Positions 46,692 to 57,113 of a stretch of DNA of 64,000 bases are shown here, in pieces. The translations under genes and the position numbers were made by a program. Positions within the stretch are counted from its first letter, which is position 1. Each line of letters opens with the position of its first letter. This DNA comes from Craspedostauros australis (lineage: Eukaryota): contig JALAGF010006669.1 in NCBI GenBank assembly GCA_030167865.1, positions 1-64,000 on the forward strand, read 5' to 3'. The notes beneath the pieces are model-generated. The model searched no databases, was not told the origin of the DNA, and worked only from the letters and a program-made list of their open reading frames with translations.

Positions 46692-48986
46692 ATGGGTAGA
46701 CGGAAGAGCAAGGGAAGCAGACACAATGGGGAGTCACTGTCCACAAGAACAGCCAAGCAGATCGCAGTCCTGAATGCGCGGATCAAGGAGGAAACGCCCG
46801 CCCGCGGCAGCGCGCCTCCATCCGGCGTCGTCGCATTCGAGTCGATGCCCCTGTCCGATCTCACGCTCGGAGGGTTGGCAGCGGCGAACTACACCAGCAT
46901 GACGGCCATTCAGAGCGCCAGCATCCCGCATGCGTTGGCAGGACGCGACATCCTGGGAGCGGCAAAGACTGGATCTGGAAAGACGCTGTCATTTGCCATT
47001 CCCGTCCTGGAGTGTCTCTTTCGCAACAAGTGGTCGAAGGTGGATGGGCCAGGTGCCATCATCCTGTCGCCAACGCGCGAGCTCGCAGGGCAGACCTTCC
47101 AGGTGCTGAGGCTGATCGGCTCCAGACACAAGAACCTCTCTGTCGGACTGCTGATCGGTGGGAAGCGCGACTTTGAGATCGAGCAGCAGCATGTCGGCCA
47201 GACCAACATCCTGATCGCAACCCCCGGCCGGCTGCTGCAGCATCTGGAGCAGACACCGTACTTTGAGGTCGACAACGTCCACATGCTGGTGTTGGACGAG
47301 GCGGACAGGATCCTGGACATGGGCTTCCGTCATCAGCTGGTCCAGATCCTGGACTACCTCCCGAACGAGCGTCAGACGCTGCTGTTCAGCGCCACGCAGA
47401 CACGTGATGTCAAGCACCTGGCCACGCTCAGCGTGAAGCGCAACAACGTGGAGTACGTCGGCGTGCATGACAAGGCCGCGACGGACACACCAGATATGCT
47501 GTCGCAATCGTACGTCCTCGTCCCGGTGCAGCACAAGCTGAACTGCGTGTACTCGTTCCTCAAAACGCACCTGCGATGCAAAACGATCATGTTCTTCGCC
47601 ACGTGCAGCCAGGTCCGACATGCGTTCGAGATGTTCTGCAGCATCCGTCCTGGGCTGTCCGTCCTGGCGATCCATGGAAAGATGACGCAGGACAAGCGAA
47701 CCCAGGCCTACGACAAGTTCACGCGCACACCGCATGCCGTGCTCTTCGCCACCGACATCGCATCGAGAGGGCTGGACTTCCCCAACGTCGATTGGGTGGT
47801 CCAGGTGGATGCACCGGAGGACCAGGCCATGTACGTCCACCGCGTGGGACGAACGGCGAGGTACAAGAACCGAGGCAACGCGTTGCTGCTGCTGGATCCC
47901 AAGGAGGAGAAGCAGACGGTGGGATCATGGTCGCTGAAGCTGCCGATCAAGAAGAAGGCCATCAATCCGACCAAGACAGCCATCGTGACACAGAGGGCCG
48001 CAGCCCTGGTCGCCGAAGATGTGAGCTTGAAGCAGCTGGCCAAGAAGGCCTTCATGAGCTACCTGCGGTCGTTGGCGTTGCTGCCGAACCAAGATGTGGA
48101 CTTCAAGGTCCAGGAGCTAGATGTGGAGGAGTTCGCAACATCGCTTGGCCTGGCTTCGATGCCCAACCTGCGCTTCCTGGAAGGTGTCACATCTCGGGAA
48201 GGCCTGCGGAAGAAGAAGAACGTCAACCGCAAGCTGCAGAAGCTGAAGGATCAGATCAAGGCCGAGAAGCTGGCGAAGAAGATCGGCAAGCTGAATGCGG
48301 AGAAGGTCCTCGAGAAGAAGCGCAAGGCCAAGCACCAATCCGTGGGTGATAGCGACGCTGATGACAGTGACGAAGATGGATTGCTGGTGGTGAAGGCTCA
48401 GCACAGACCTTCCGACATGGTTGATGGCGGAGATGATGTCGAGAATGGAGATGATAGGTTCAACATCCATGAGGTCACGCAATCTCGCAAGGCCAAGAAG
48501 ATCCGCGTGGATGCAGGCGCCAGCGGGCAGAACAAGAGAATCGTGTTCAATGACGACGGCGAGGCAGTCGCGGATGACGTCGTCGAAGCGGCCGCGGCCA
48601 ACACAGCCTCCACCGGAGAGTCCATCGACAAGGACAAGCTCAAGGACGCAAACGAGATGTATCTGGAGCAGGTTCAGAAGCGACTCGAGAAGACGAAGGA
48701 GCTTGACAAGAAGGAGGAGAAGCAGAGGATTCGGGAGAAGCATCGCAAGAGGCGCATGCAGGAGAAGGTGTCGAGGGACGATGGGCTGGAGGCCGGTGGC
48801 GCACCTATTGCGACCTTGGGTGGCGCCTCTTCTGGTTCGGGAAGCGACGATTCTTCGCAGAACACCAGTGGCAGCGATAGTGACAGTAGCAGTAGTGGCG
48901 ATAGCAGCTCAGATGACAGTGCAGATGAGGAGATGGATGTGGCGGCCAATGAGGACCTCGCATTGTCATTGATCCGTGGCAGATAA
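46692..48986 (+). CDS. DBP4: DEAD-box RNA helicase DBP4/DDX10 (18S rRNA biogenesis)
   Basis: Motifs: GAAKTGSGKT, SPTRELA, ATPGRLLQH, LDEADRILDMGF, SAT, TDIASRGLDFP, YVHRVGRTARY, followed by AKKAF.SYLRS and a KEKEKQR.REKHRKRR C-terminus typical of Dbp4. Confidence 0.92.
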   Translation: MGRRKSKGSRHNGESLSTRTAKQIAVLNARIKEETPARGSAPPSGVVAFESMPLSDLTLGGLAAANYTSMTAIQSASIPHALAGRDILGAAKTGSGKTLSFAIPVLECLFRNKWSKVDGPGAIILSPTRELAGQTFQVLRLIGSRHKNLSVGLLIGGKRDFEIEQQHVGQTNILIATPGRLLQHLEQTPYFEVDNVHMLVLDEADRILDMGFRHQLVQILDYLPNERQTLLFSATQTRDVKHLATLSVKRNNVEYVGVHDKAATDTPDMLSQSYVLVPVQHKLNCVYSFLKTHLRCKTIMFFATCSQVRHAFEMFCSIRPGLSVLAIHGKMTQDKRTQAYDKFTRTPHAVLFATDIASRGLDFPNVDWVVQVDAPEDQAMYVHRVGRTARYKNRGNALLLLDPKEEKQTVGSWSLKLPIKKKAINPTKTAIVTQRAAALVAEDVSLKQLAKKAFMSYLRSLALLPNQDVDFKVQELDVEEFATSLGLASMPNLRFLEGVTSREGLRKKKNVNRKLQKLKDQIKAEKLAKKIGKLNAEKVLEKKRKAKHQSVGDSDADDSDEDGLLVVKAQHRPSDMVDGGDDVENGDDRFNIHEVTQSRKAKKIRVDAGASGQNKRIVFNDDGEAVADDVVEAAAANTASTGESIDKDKLKDANEMYLEQVQKRLEKTKELDKKEEKQRIREKHRKRRMQEKVSRDDGLEAGGAPIATLGGASSGSGSDDSSQNTSGSDSDSSSSGDSSSDDSADEEMDVAANEDLALSLIRGR

Positions 48987-49104
48987 AGACTAGATCGGTC
49001 GCAACAGCCTCTGTCTCCGTCAACAGCACCAGCAACTCCCGCTCATTGCTTCCACTCGCCATGTGCAGTGCTGTGTTGTCATCAACACGAACACTCGGCC
49101 AGTG

Positions 49105-50275
49105 CTATTGAAGCAGCCTCAGCACGAATTCCCCGCGTGGAAGCTTGAACAACTGATGGAGCGTTGTGTCACCATCGTTGCTTTTGCGTCGATATCGATG
49201 ATACCATGGATCATGACTCGGTGTCTTGCCATTGTTGTCTTGGACAGTGGTATCGATGGCATCCGGATCCAGGGAATGCAGGTACAGCACCACGGAGTGA
49301 TCTTGATTCAAGCTCATGTGGTGAAGCAGTGTCTAACCCTACTTGTTCCTTCTCGCGAAGTCCATGGCGGCTTTGCCTGATATCTCCATTTGTGCAACTA
49401 GCTGTGCCGGATTGGTATGGCATGCCATCTCAAAAACCGTGCAGTCCTCCTTGGCACATATGTCAAGATCGAGATGATTCGCTCTCAACAAGACCATCAT
49501 GATGCTCGTATCCTAGCGGCTGCTGACAATATGGAACCGCGTTTATCTTCCTTCATCTTTACAGTTGATGCCAATTGCCAAACCATGCGTCGCTGACATA
49601 GTGAAGTACCGTTTTGCCTTGGTTGTCTGTTGAATCGACAAACGACTTCGACTTGCCCCAGGTGAATCAAGTACTCCACGATCGACACATTTCCAATCTG
49701 CCACGCGAGATGCAGCACTGTGCAGCCCTTACCATCCCGCTTGAAGAGCATCCGGTTGTCAGGCTTTGCTTCCATGAAGCACTTGGCAACAGGAAGCTGC
49801 TGATTGTTGCACGTGATGTGGATCGGAAGATTGCCATCTTCACATGCCTGGAGCGTTTCGACTAGATGCTTCACCAGCGCTTTTGCTGCTGGTGTGGCAA
49901 GCGCAATGAAACAGAGTGCATCCATCTTTGTCCGCGGCTTCTGTGTCAACCCATCCTGGGTTGGATTCCATCAGGTATTTTCCACGGCCGTCCTTCCCGA
50001 GACACATGCTACCATGAGTGGCGTTCTCTTGCGTGCGTTGTGAGAATTGAGGTCCGCCTTCGTGGGATGTGATCCGATGAGGTACTTGACGACGGAAATG
50101 GACCTACCATCACAAGCCCAGTGAAGCGGGGTGTCGCCTTCCACGTCCCGAATGTTGGCAAGGAGCTTCAACTGATCTGACTCTACCATGGATGGGAGTG
50201 TTTGCAGATCGTCGCTTTCGCACGCACGGTGCACGGCAAGGGCAGAATCATCTACTCTGACGTCATCGTTGAATA
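49105..50275 (-). pseudogene. Ankyrin-repeat pseudogene
   Basis: Ankyrin repeats (GDTPLHWAC, RTPLMVAC, GNLPIH, GCTVLHLA, GKTVLHY, GKTP, GDTTLH) are interrupted by an in-frame TGA at 49973-49971 and by frame changes further downstream. Confidence 0.75.
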
Positions 50276-50830
50276 GTCGATCACCTCACATTGAGTCGCC
50301 GTTGGATGTGATGTATTGTAACGTATTGTGAACCTGAGAAAAAAGCAAGAGTGTGCAACTGGAGTGGAGTGGATTGTTGAGCAGAGTGGTCATGATCGGT
50401 TGCGATCGCGTTGTTGTGCGATACTTGTCTGTGAGGGCAAATCGCGTCCTCTGTTGCTGATTCGTTGGTTTCGCGCCATGAAAAACACATTTTAACGGTC
50501 CCTAACCGTTGGCTTCAGAATTCCACCCAACAATCGGAGAACGGTATCTTTCGGCCGCGTGTTGCCGCCAAGAACACAAGAGACGAGAGACACGCAAATG
50601 CGCACCCACAGAACGACACCATGGCGGCGCCAACCAGTCCAGATGGCATGAGAGCGCATTTACTCGGACTCGTACTCTACCTCACTGTCATCCTATCTTC
50701 CGATCTGCCCCACCTTGTCACCACTCGTGTTGAAGGCCGATAGTAGCAGTCGGCACCATCATCACTGCGGCAACCACAGAGTGCGTGTCAGGTCGGCTGC
50801 ACCAGCAAGCGCGAAATCGACGGAACCACC

Positions 50831-53800
50831 ATGGCGCGCCCCATCCCACAGGTGAGAACGCGCCGAAAGAAGCGCAAGGCTTTGAATCACATCGACCAAA
50901 ACGTGGGGCAAGCCAATGCTGACTTGCTGCAGAAGAAGACGAAGCCAAGAGGCATCAGCTACAGCGCTATCTCGCTTTCGGATAGCCCTTTTGCTTTTGC
51001 CACATGGGAGAAGAACCTCCTGGCATCGGCCAAGACCCCGAAGATGAGCAACGTGCAGGGGCGGGAAACGGAGAAGCGGAAGGCAATAGCCGTCAACGCT
51101 GCAACCCAAGTCCTTGACGAAAAAGAGGGAGCAGCCAAACGCGCACCCTTGCTTTCGGCGTCGAGAACAGACACGATGTCTGCGGAGGGAGCGAAGAAGA
51201 CCAAGAACGAGACCAAGACCAAGCACATGGCCGATAGACAGGAACAAACATTGCGACCGCAAGCGGCGGCGATCGTGCAGGTGAAATCGCATCTACGCAG
51301 AGGTCAATCAGCGGGAGACACGGAAGACGATGGCTTGGATTTCTGTACAGTGTCACCTCGCCCCCCTCCAAGTGGTCGTAACGTCACTCACCGACGAAAA
51401 CGGAATCGGAATCGGAAGCCTTCAGGCAAGGAAGAACGAGATGAGGGCACAGCGCAGAGTCTGCCTGCGCAGCGCAAGTCTCCGTCACACTCTCAGCAAG
51501 CCTCAGATACTGGTGCTGCATCTCGTCCACAAACCGATGTTGAGTTGAAGAAGGGTGCCGCTGTTGGAGACTGTCGCGCAGCGTCTCATCCCAGCGACAA
51601 GGGTCCACAACAGCAAGGTGCGAACAACGCCGACGGGGATACTGGAGATACCGATACCAAGCATCAAGCTGTGGATGGATCTGGTCCCCTCCCTCCTGAT
51701 TCCAACTTGGATTCGCACAGCCAACAGAAACAACAGAATGATACAGAGGTGCAAGCAGAGCAGCATAGTACGACCGCAGCAGAACCTGCTCCATCGGGTG
51801 ATGGCGCAGGCCACAGAGTGACGGCGGCACAGCTTTCAATAGAGAAGGTGGACATTGAGAGTGGACAAGGTGTCAAGCACCCCGATGGCCAAACTGATCA
51901 TGACGCAGCCGGCACACACAGCAACGATGGAGACAGTGAGTGTTCGTCGGATATGGTCATCGCATCAAGTGGCAGTTCTTCATGCATGGAGCATGTGGCT
52001 GAAGACCTACAACGTGAGGCAGGCGACGGCGACTGCACTGAGTCCGACGCAGATACCACGGAATCCATGCAGATTCTCGACAAGACTTCAGGAGAGGATC
52101 ATCGCAACCACCACTTGCAGCAGATATTTGAACGAAACTGTGCTCATATTCACGTACAACGGACGAAATCAGCTCAAAGTCACACCACTCATGAGAGAGC
52201 TCAGAGCAATTCCGCCTTTCAATCACTGATCGATCGTTTGAAAACATCAAGCAGCAACGCTGCTGTCGGCGTCGCATCACAAGCGTGTGATTCGCACAAG
52301 AAGAGTGGCATCACCAGCAGTCGATGTCGCGAAGCGATATCATCGGTGCCACTTGGCGAAGGATGCGTAGGTGCCCGTGGGTCGGAGGCACATGGCAAAC
52401 GTGGCACTGTTGATGAGAAGGACAACGACGACCACAACTGCAGCAATGAAGAAGAAGAAGACGATGATGATGCTTCAATCGCCGTTTGGTCTCTCGATGA
52501 TGACACCAGTATTCCCACCGAGATTCATGTCCAAGGGCGTCGCTTCGTCCACCCGGCATTGCCGCCAGGATGGACAGTCCACACATCCAAAACGCGCGAT
52601 CGTCCATACTACAAACACCCCGACTTCGGAAGCACGTGGCATTGCCCCGTCATTCTCCCCTTGAAGATGCCAGGTCACCGTAGATCACTGATATCGGTGC
52701 GTGACGAAAAGGCTGACATGGAAGACGACAATACCAACGGCGATCGTATGGATGGGGCTATCGATGGCATCCGATTGCGGCCAGCCTCGATGACTCAGGG
52801 AGGAAAAGTGGGACAGCTGAAACCGATGCATCTCGTGGAACGGCAGAAAGGTGCCTCCCGACGCACCGCGGCTAGAACGAATGTGTTGGGACAACGAGAG
52901 CACTCTCGCGGCGGCCGGCATTCTCCTGCCCAGAGCGACCAATTCGAAAGCTCCATGTCCGACCTCATCGACACCGTCATCGAAATGAAAGAGCAGCACA
53001 ATGCGCGCTCCTCTCGAGTGAATCTGCGAGTCGATTCTGCATGTACACCAATAGTGGGCGCGGCTGCGAATGGGCGATCCAGCATCTTCAGACGTTTGCA
53101 CCACGCAGATGATGGCACGACGCCACCGTCGGCGTTCGGTGCCACCCAAGCCTCGCGTCCTCTCCGCTCTTCACTGTCTCCGCTTCAAGGCCAAACTCAA
53201 GCACATTCACGGCTGCAGTCTATTGCTGACCCGAATCCTCGACGGGGCCGACATGAGGCAATCCGAGAACTTGAGCACAACCCTGCGGCATCCACAGCTG
53301 TCCACCGCGACGATCGTAACAGCAGGCCTCCGAGTCGCAAGGCCACTATCAACAGCCCGTTGCGCCAAGCTGCTTCACGTCCCTCAACTTCGATCGCACC
53401 TTTGCCCAATGTCCCGAGACCCCGGCGGAGTCTTGGGCCGAGAAGCAGCACGCCGGTTCACAACACGAATCCCTCTCGGTCATACATCGGAGCATCGATG
53501 AGTAGATCGAAGACTGGCACATCAGGCGCAGAAGCAGGGCGCTTGGGGCTTCAAAGTCATCCAGACGAGCAATGCGGCGAGGGCGGCATGTACGATGGCA
53601 AGGGCAGTGGGAATGTACAGCAGCAGCGCCTCTGCAACCCGAGAACTACGTCAGTTGAGCAAAGCGCTAGCCCATGGACTCCCGTCGTGCCAAGATTGAT
53701 CTTCGGTCAACAGAGTGACAAATCTGCAGCTCCACCGAGATTTCAGACCAAGCTGCGCGGCAATGTCCAAGGTCCCGGTGTGTCTGCAACTGCCCCGCGC

Positions 53801-55117
53801 CACACGCACGACGAAGGACGCGCTGCACGCCAGACAACTGGATCGAGGTCCAACAGCGAGAAGTTTTCGTTCCAGGCCGTTGGGACGGTTGCCGAACGCT
53901 TGAGCAAAAGAATGCTGCGGCCTTCGTCGACGGTAGCTGGGATAGAGCAACCGCACCCCGTGCCAGCTGTGCGCGGGTTGAATTGGAAGCCATCAGTCAT
54001 CGCCCACGTCGCCGCAGCGAATCAACGTTTTCTCGTAGCCGATGGCGGTGCATACCAAGCTCGCCCCAGGGTTCGGAATGAGGCAAACACTGCAACGGTC
54101 GACGATCTCTCCGCAGCGCTTGCTAAGGTCGCAATTTCGCCGGCTCTCGATGTCAGTGCTGGTGGTGTGTTACATCCGGGCGATGTTGACAGCTCACCGC
54201 ATGTTTCTGAATATCAAAATAAAGACGACAAGAAGCAGCATCAGAGTGAGGACGGCCACCCCCTCCGTGATCATGATGTTCATGGTCATGCAACGCCTGA
54301 TCTTGATGGTGGTGCCACTGATGACGATGACGCAGTTGGGATTATTGGTCAAGATGAGCAACTTTCGTCGAGAGCTGAGGAGGAGCTGATGAAAGCAGGT
54401 AGCGACGGGTCGCCCGAGGATGACTTGGACCTGGATGCAATTTCTTCGCCAATGCAACACACAACGGATGGGCCTCGTGTCGGCCGTGGCCGGTTGAGCG
54501 CAAACGACGACCCGGGCACTGTTCCACCTGTGAGCGACGCTGGCCACAAGGGCGGCGGCCCGACATCTCCGCCAAAACGTACAGTAGAGATGCAAGACGG
54601 CCCAAAGCGACAAGATGGTAGGGAGAAAGCCGCTGCAGCACCCCAGTCACCCTCGCAGTCTCCTTCGGCATTGGCGCGGCGAGCATCACTGCTGCCGTTG
54701 CCTGCGTCTGTCGACTCGAAGGAGAACGATGTTTTCTTCGACTCCATGGGTGGAGACAGTCCACTCAGTATCGATTGCGGCAACCGCCACGATCATCAAG
54801 GCAATGACACAGATTTTGACTATGATGCGGTGTCAAACAGTTGTGGCGGCCACTCTGGCACGCATCGCCTTGCCAAACGCAGATCTAACGCAACCAAATC
54901 GTCGATGAAGACCAAATCCAAACAAGTCAGCGAATACGTGCTGCGGCAAAAGGACCCGCTCTGTCCGCTGCAACGCTTGGATACGATCGTCGACGAACGA
55001 GGACGAAGGCGCAAGCGAGACCGTTCGGCCCGGACGCTGGCTGATTACTTCACTCATGTCTTCTACCGGCCACCCCCGCGTTCCAAACGCCCAGGTAAAC
55101 GCTCTTCAAACAAGTAG
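50831..55117 (+). CDS. Large (1428 aa), mostly disordered protein with one WW domain
   Basis: 4.3-kb stop-free ORF. LPPGW..HTSKT..RPYY.H....STWHCP near 52555-52650 matches the WW consensus. Basic NLS-like stretches at both ends. Confidence 0.8.
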   Translation: MARPIPQVRTRRKKRKALNHIDQNVGQANADLLQKKTKPRGISYSAISLSDSPFAFATWEKNLLASAKTPKMSNVQGRETEKRKAIAVNAATQVLDEKEGAAKRAPLLSASRTDTMSAEGAKKTKNETKTKHMADRQEQTLRPQAAAIVQVKSHLRRGQSAGDTEDDGLDFCTVSPRPPPSGRNVTHRRKRNRNRKPSGKEERDEGTAQSLPAQRKSPSHSQQASDTGAASRPQTDVELKKGAAVGDCRAASHPSDKGPQQQGANNADGDTGDTDTKHQAVDGSGPLPPDSNLDSHSQQKQQNDTEVQAEQHSTTAAEPAPSGDGAGHRVTAAQLSIEKVDIESGQGVKHPDGQTDHDAAGTHSNDGDSECSSDMVIASSGSSSCMEHVAEDLQREAGDGDCTESDADTTESMQILDKTSGEDHRNHHLQQIFERNCAHIHVQRTKSAQSHTTHERAQSNSAFQSLIDRLKTSSSNAAVGVASQACDSHKKSGITSSRCREAISSVPLGEGCVGARGSEAHGKRGTVDEKDNDDHNCSNEEEEDDDDASIAVWSLDDDTSIPTEIHVQGRRFVHPALPPGWTVHTSKTRDRPYYKHPDFGSTWHCPVILPLKMPGHRRSLISVRDEKADMEDDNTNGDRMDGAIDGIRLRPASMTQGGKVGQLKPMHLVERQKGASRRTAARTNVLGQREHSRGGRHSPAQSDQFESSMSDLIDTVIEMKEQHNARSSRVNLRVDSACTPIVGAAANGRSSIFRRLHHADDGTTPPSAFGATQASRPLRSSLSPLQGQTQAHSRLQSIADPNPRRGRHEAIRELEHNPAASTAVHRDDRNSRPPSRKATINSPLRQAASRPSTSIAPLPNVPRPRRSLGPRSSTPVHNTNPSRSYIGASMSRSKTGTSGAEAGRLGLQSHPDEQCGEGGMYDGKGSGNVQQQRLCNPRTTSVEQSASPWTPVVPRLIFGQQSDKSAAPPRFQTKLRGNVQGPGVSATAPRHTHDEGRAARQTTGSRSNSEKFSFQAVGTVAERLSKRMLRPSSTVAGIEQPHPVPAVRGLNWKPSVIAHVAAANQRFLVADGGAYQARPRVRNEANTATVDDLSAALAKVAISPALDVSAGGVLHPGDVDSSPHVSEYQNKDDKKQHQSEDGHPLRDHDVHGHATPDLDGGATDDDDAVGIIGQDEQLSSRAEEELMKAGSDGSPEDDLDLDAISSPMQHTTDGPRVGRGRLSANDDPGTVPPVSDAGHKGGGPTSPPKRTVEMQDGPKRQDGREKAAAAPQSPSQSPSALARRASLLPLPASVDSKENDVFFDSMGGDSPLSIDCGNRHDHQGNDTDFDYDAVSNSCGGHSGTHRLAKRRSNATKSSMKTKSKQVSEYVLRQKDPLCPLQRLDTIVDERGRRRKRDRSARTLADYFTHVFYRPPPRSKRPGKRSSNK

Positions 55118-55349
55118 GAGGATTACCCATATCCGTACATTTGGTATAGGTGTCTGAATGCTCGCAATGCACTTTTCTGTTGTTGTTGTTTTCGCATATG
55201 CTCACTGTGGTCGAGAACGCTTGCAGTCATGCGAGGCTGCAGCCATCGTCAAGCAACGGTCATTGCGAAGCAGATGGTTCGTTGTCCAAAGGAGAGATAG
55301 AAGGTTCTACTATTCACTCGTACAGCATGGTGGCGTCACCAAGCTTCTT

Positions 55350-56218
55350 CTAGTAGCCAATGATTTGTGTCACCTGATCTGCCGTCAGATCCAGCCGGAG
55401 AGGAACCGCCACCACCGGAATAGATCCCGCCCTTGGTGTCTTGTCTGTCTCCTGTATTTGTGCCAGGACATAATCCAACTTCATGATTCCGCAGTTGTGA
55501 TGGACACAAGAGGAGTGAGAGTGAGAGTAGGGGGCAGACGAAGAGCCACAAGCATTGTCAGCAAGTACAATAGGTCGAGTACTTGTACATATGGCACATG
55601 CATGGCGGTGGAGGATAGAATAGAATAGAAAAGTAGAGCAGAGCATACAGATACTCGTACACTCACCTGATCATACTTTTGCAAGATTTCCACCACGGCC
55701 TGTAGATGGCAGAGGTAGTCCAATTCTGTTTCATGTCTGAATCTGCGTCCCTCCAGATGATACGGCATCACATTGAGGTACATCTTGCGAAAGCCGAAGC
55801 TGTCCACCCGGTTGAAATCGACATCGTAGCATTTCCCCCACTTGCCGAGGATGGCGTCGCGAAGTCCGTACCCATCGAAGTCGCCATCATCATTTGCAGA
55901 CGCAGACGCAGTCGCCGTCGCTACCTCTGCTTCCGACGCACGTTGCGATGAGCCTAGCGATGAACTTTGCAGTTGCTCCGCTTTCCTCTTCTGGAAAGCC
56001 GACATGTCCAGCTCTCCCTCTTCAGCAGACACATCTCTGCTGCTGGCATCTTCATCGCTCGTGTCTTTGTTCGTATTCCAGAAACCCAGCGCGGATCTTG
56101 TCCTGCGACCTGCGCTTTTCGATGTCACGGGCAGCCGATCGTGCTGGATGACGAAAGCCGCGAGGACCTGGCATGACACAATCGCCGTCAAGCAAGCGAG
56201 CGCGGTAGCTGGCTTCAT
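55350..56218 (-). CDS. DUF3067-family plastid protein, 2 exons, ~226 aa
   Basis: Exons 56218-55667 and 55478-55350 (GTGAGT...AAG, phase 0). Signal peptide ending LAA-FVI. Motifs: KWGK.YDV, YLNVM..HL, TE.DYL.HL, PR.G...AV.LRLDL. Confidence 0.85.
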
Positions 56219-57113
56219 GTTGTGGCAGAAAGAGTATGAACGATGAACGATGGACGATGAACGATGCACAATGGGCGATGGACAGGGAGGAGGTGCTTGC
56301 TGGGTGTTGTGGTGTTGTCCATTGTTGCGGTGAGATACCGACAACATGCCCGTTTGAAACGACCGTTCATATTTCTGACGACGGTCCAACGGCCATTCTC
56401 AGTCTTGTATTCGATGTGCACGAGCTGTGTGACCGTTGCGAAAGATACCGCCTTGTTGGATCATTAGAGAGTTATCGCATGTAACTTCAATGAGTCCCGG
56501 GGTACAAAATAACCTGATAGAGATATTTTTCGGGGGGTACGGGCGAGCCAGCCACTCCTTAGATTTACATGCCATGCGTTTTGAAGCTTTTATTTTACAT
56601 GCCATGTAACTCCAACAGTCCCGCCAAATGAGAACTCCACGCGGAAGTAAAGTGAATTGACAATTTGTTACCCAATCATAGTCGCACACTTCTGGTCTAT
56701 TCGCATCTTCATTGTTCTCGAGTTTGCCTTGTTTCTTTTTTAGATTAGCGTCAATGTGAACGGTTCGACCCAATTTTCGTGGTCGAAGGGATCGTGTTTC
56801 TCCGCACGTCCTTCGTTGCGTCTGTTGGTGCAGCTGCCGCAAAAGCGCGGGCAGATGGCGCGAAACTGACGAATGCCACTTACGTCATTCGAAGATGCAG
56901 CACAACAGCAGGCAGCCACCATCAGCACCATGCCAGAAAAAAAACAAACAAAACAACAACAAGCCGGTCACCGATTTGTGTTGAGAGAAAAACTGATGTG
57001 TTCGAACAGAGCGAGATCCCTCTTCATCCACACCCAAACAACAATCATCTTCCCCACACATCCATCTTGTTCACACACCCTTCATCGCTCATCCATTGAG
57101 ATACTATGCCATC

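Noticed and set aside
38451..48986. Cluster of RNA-modifying genes (DusA, RluA, DBP4)
   Set aside because: Mixed orientation, probably different compartments, and an unrelated peptidase in between. No evidence of co-regulation.
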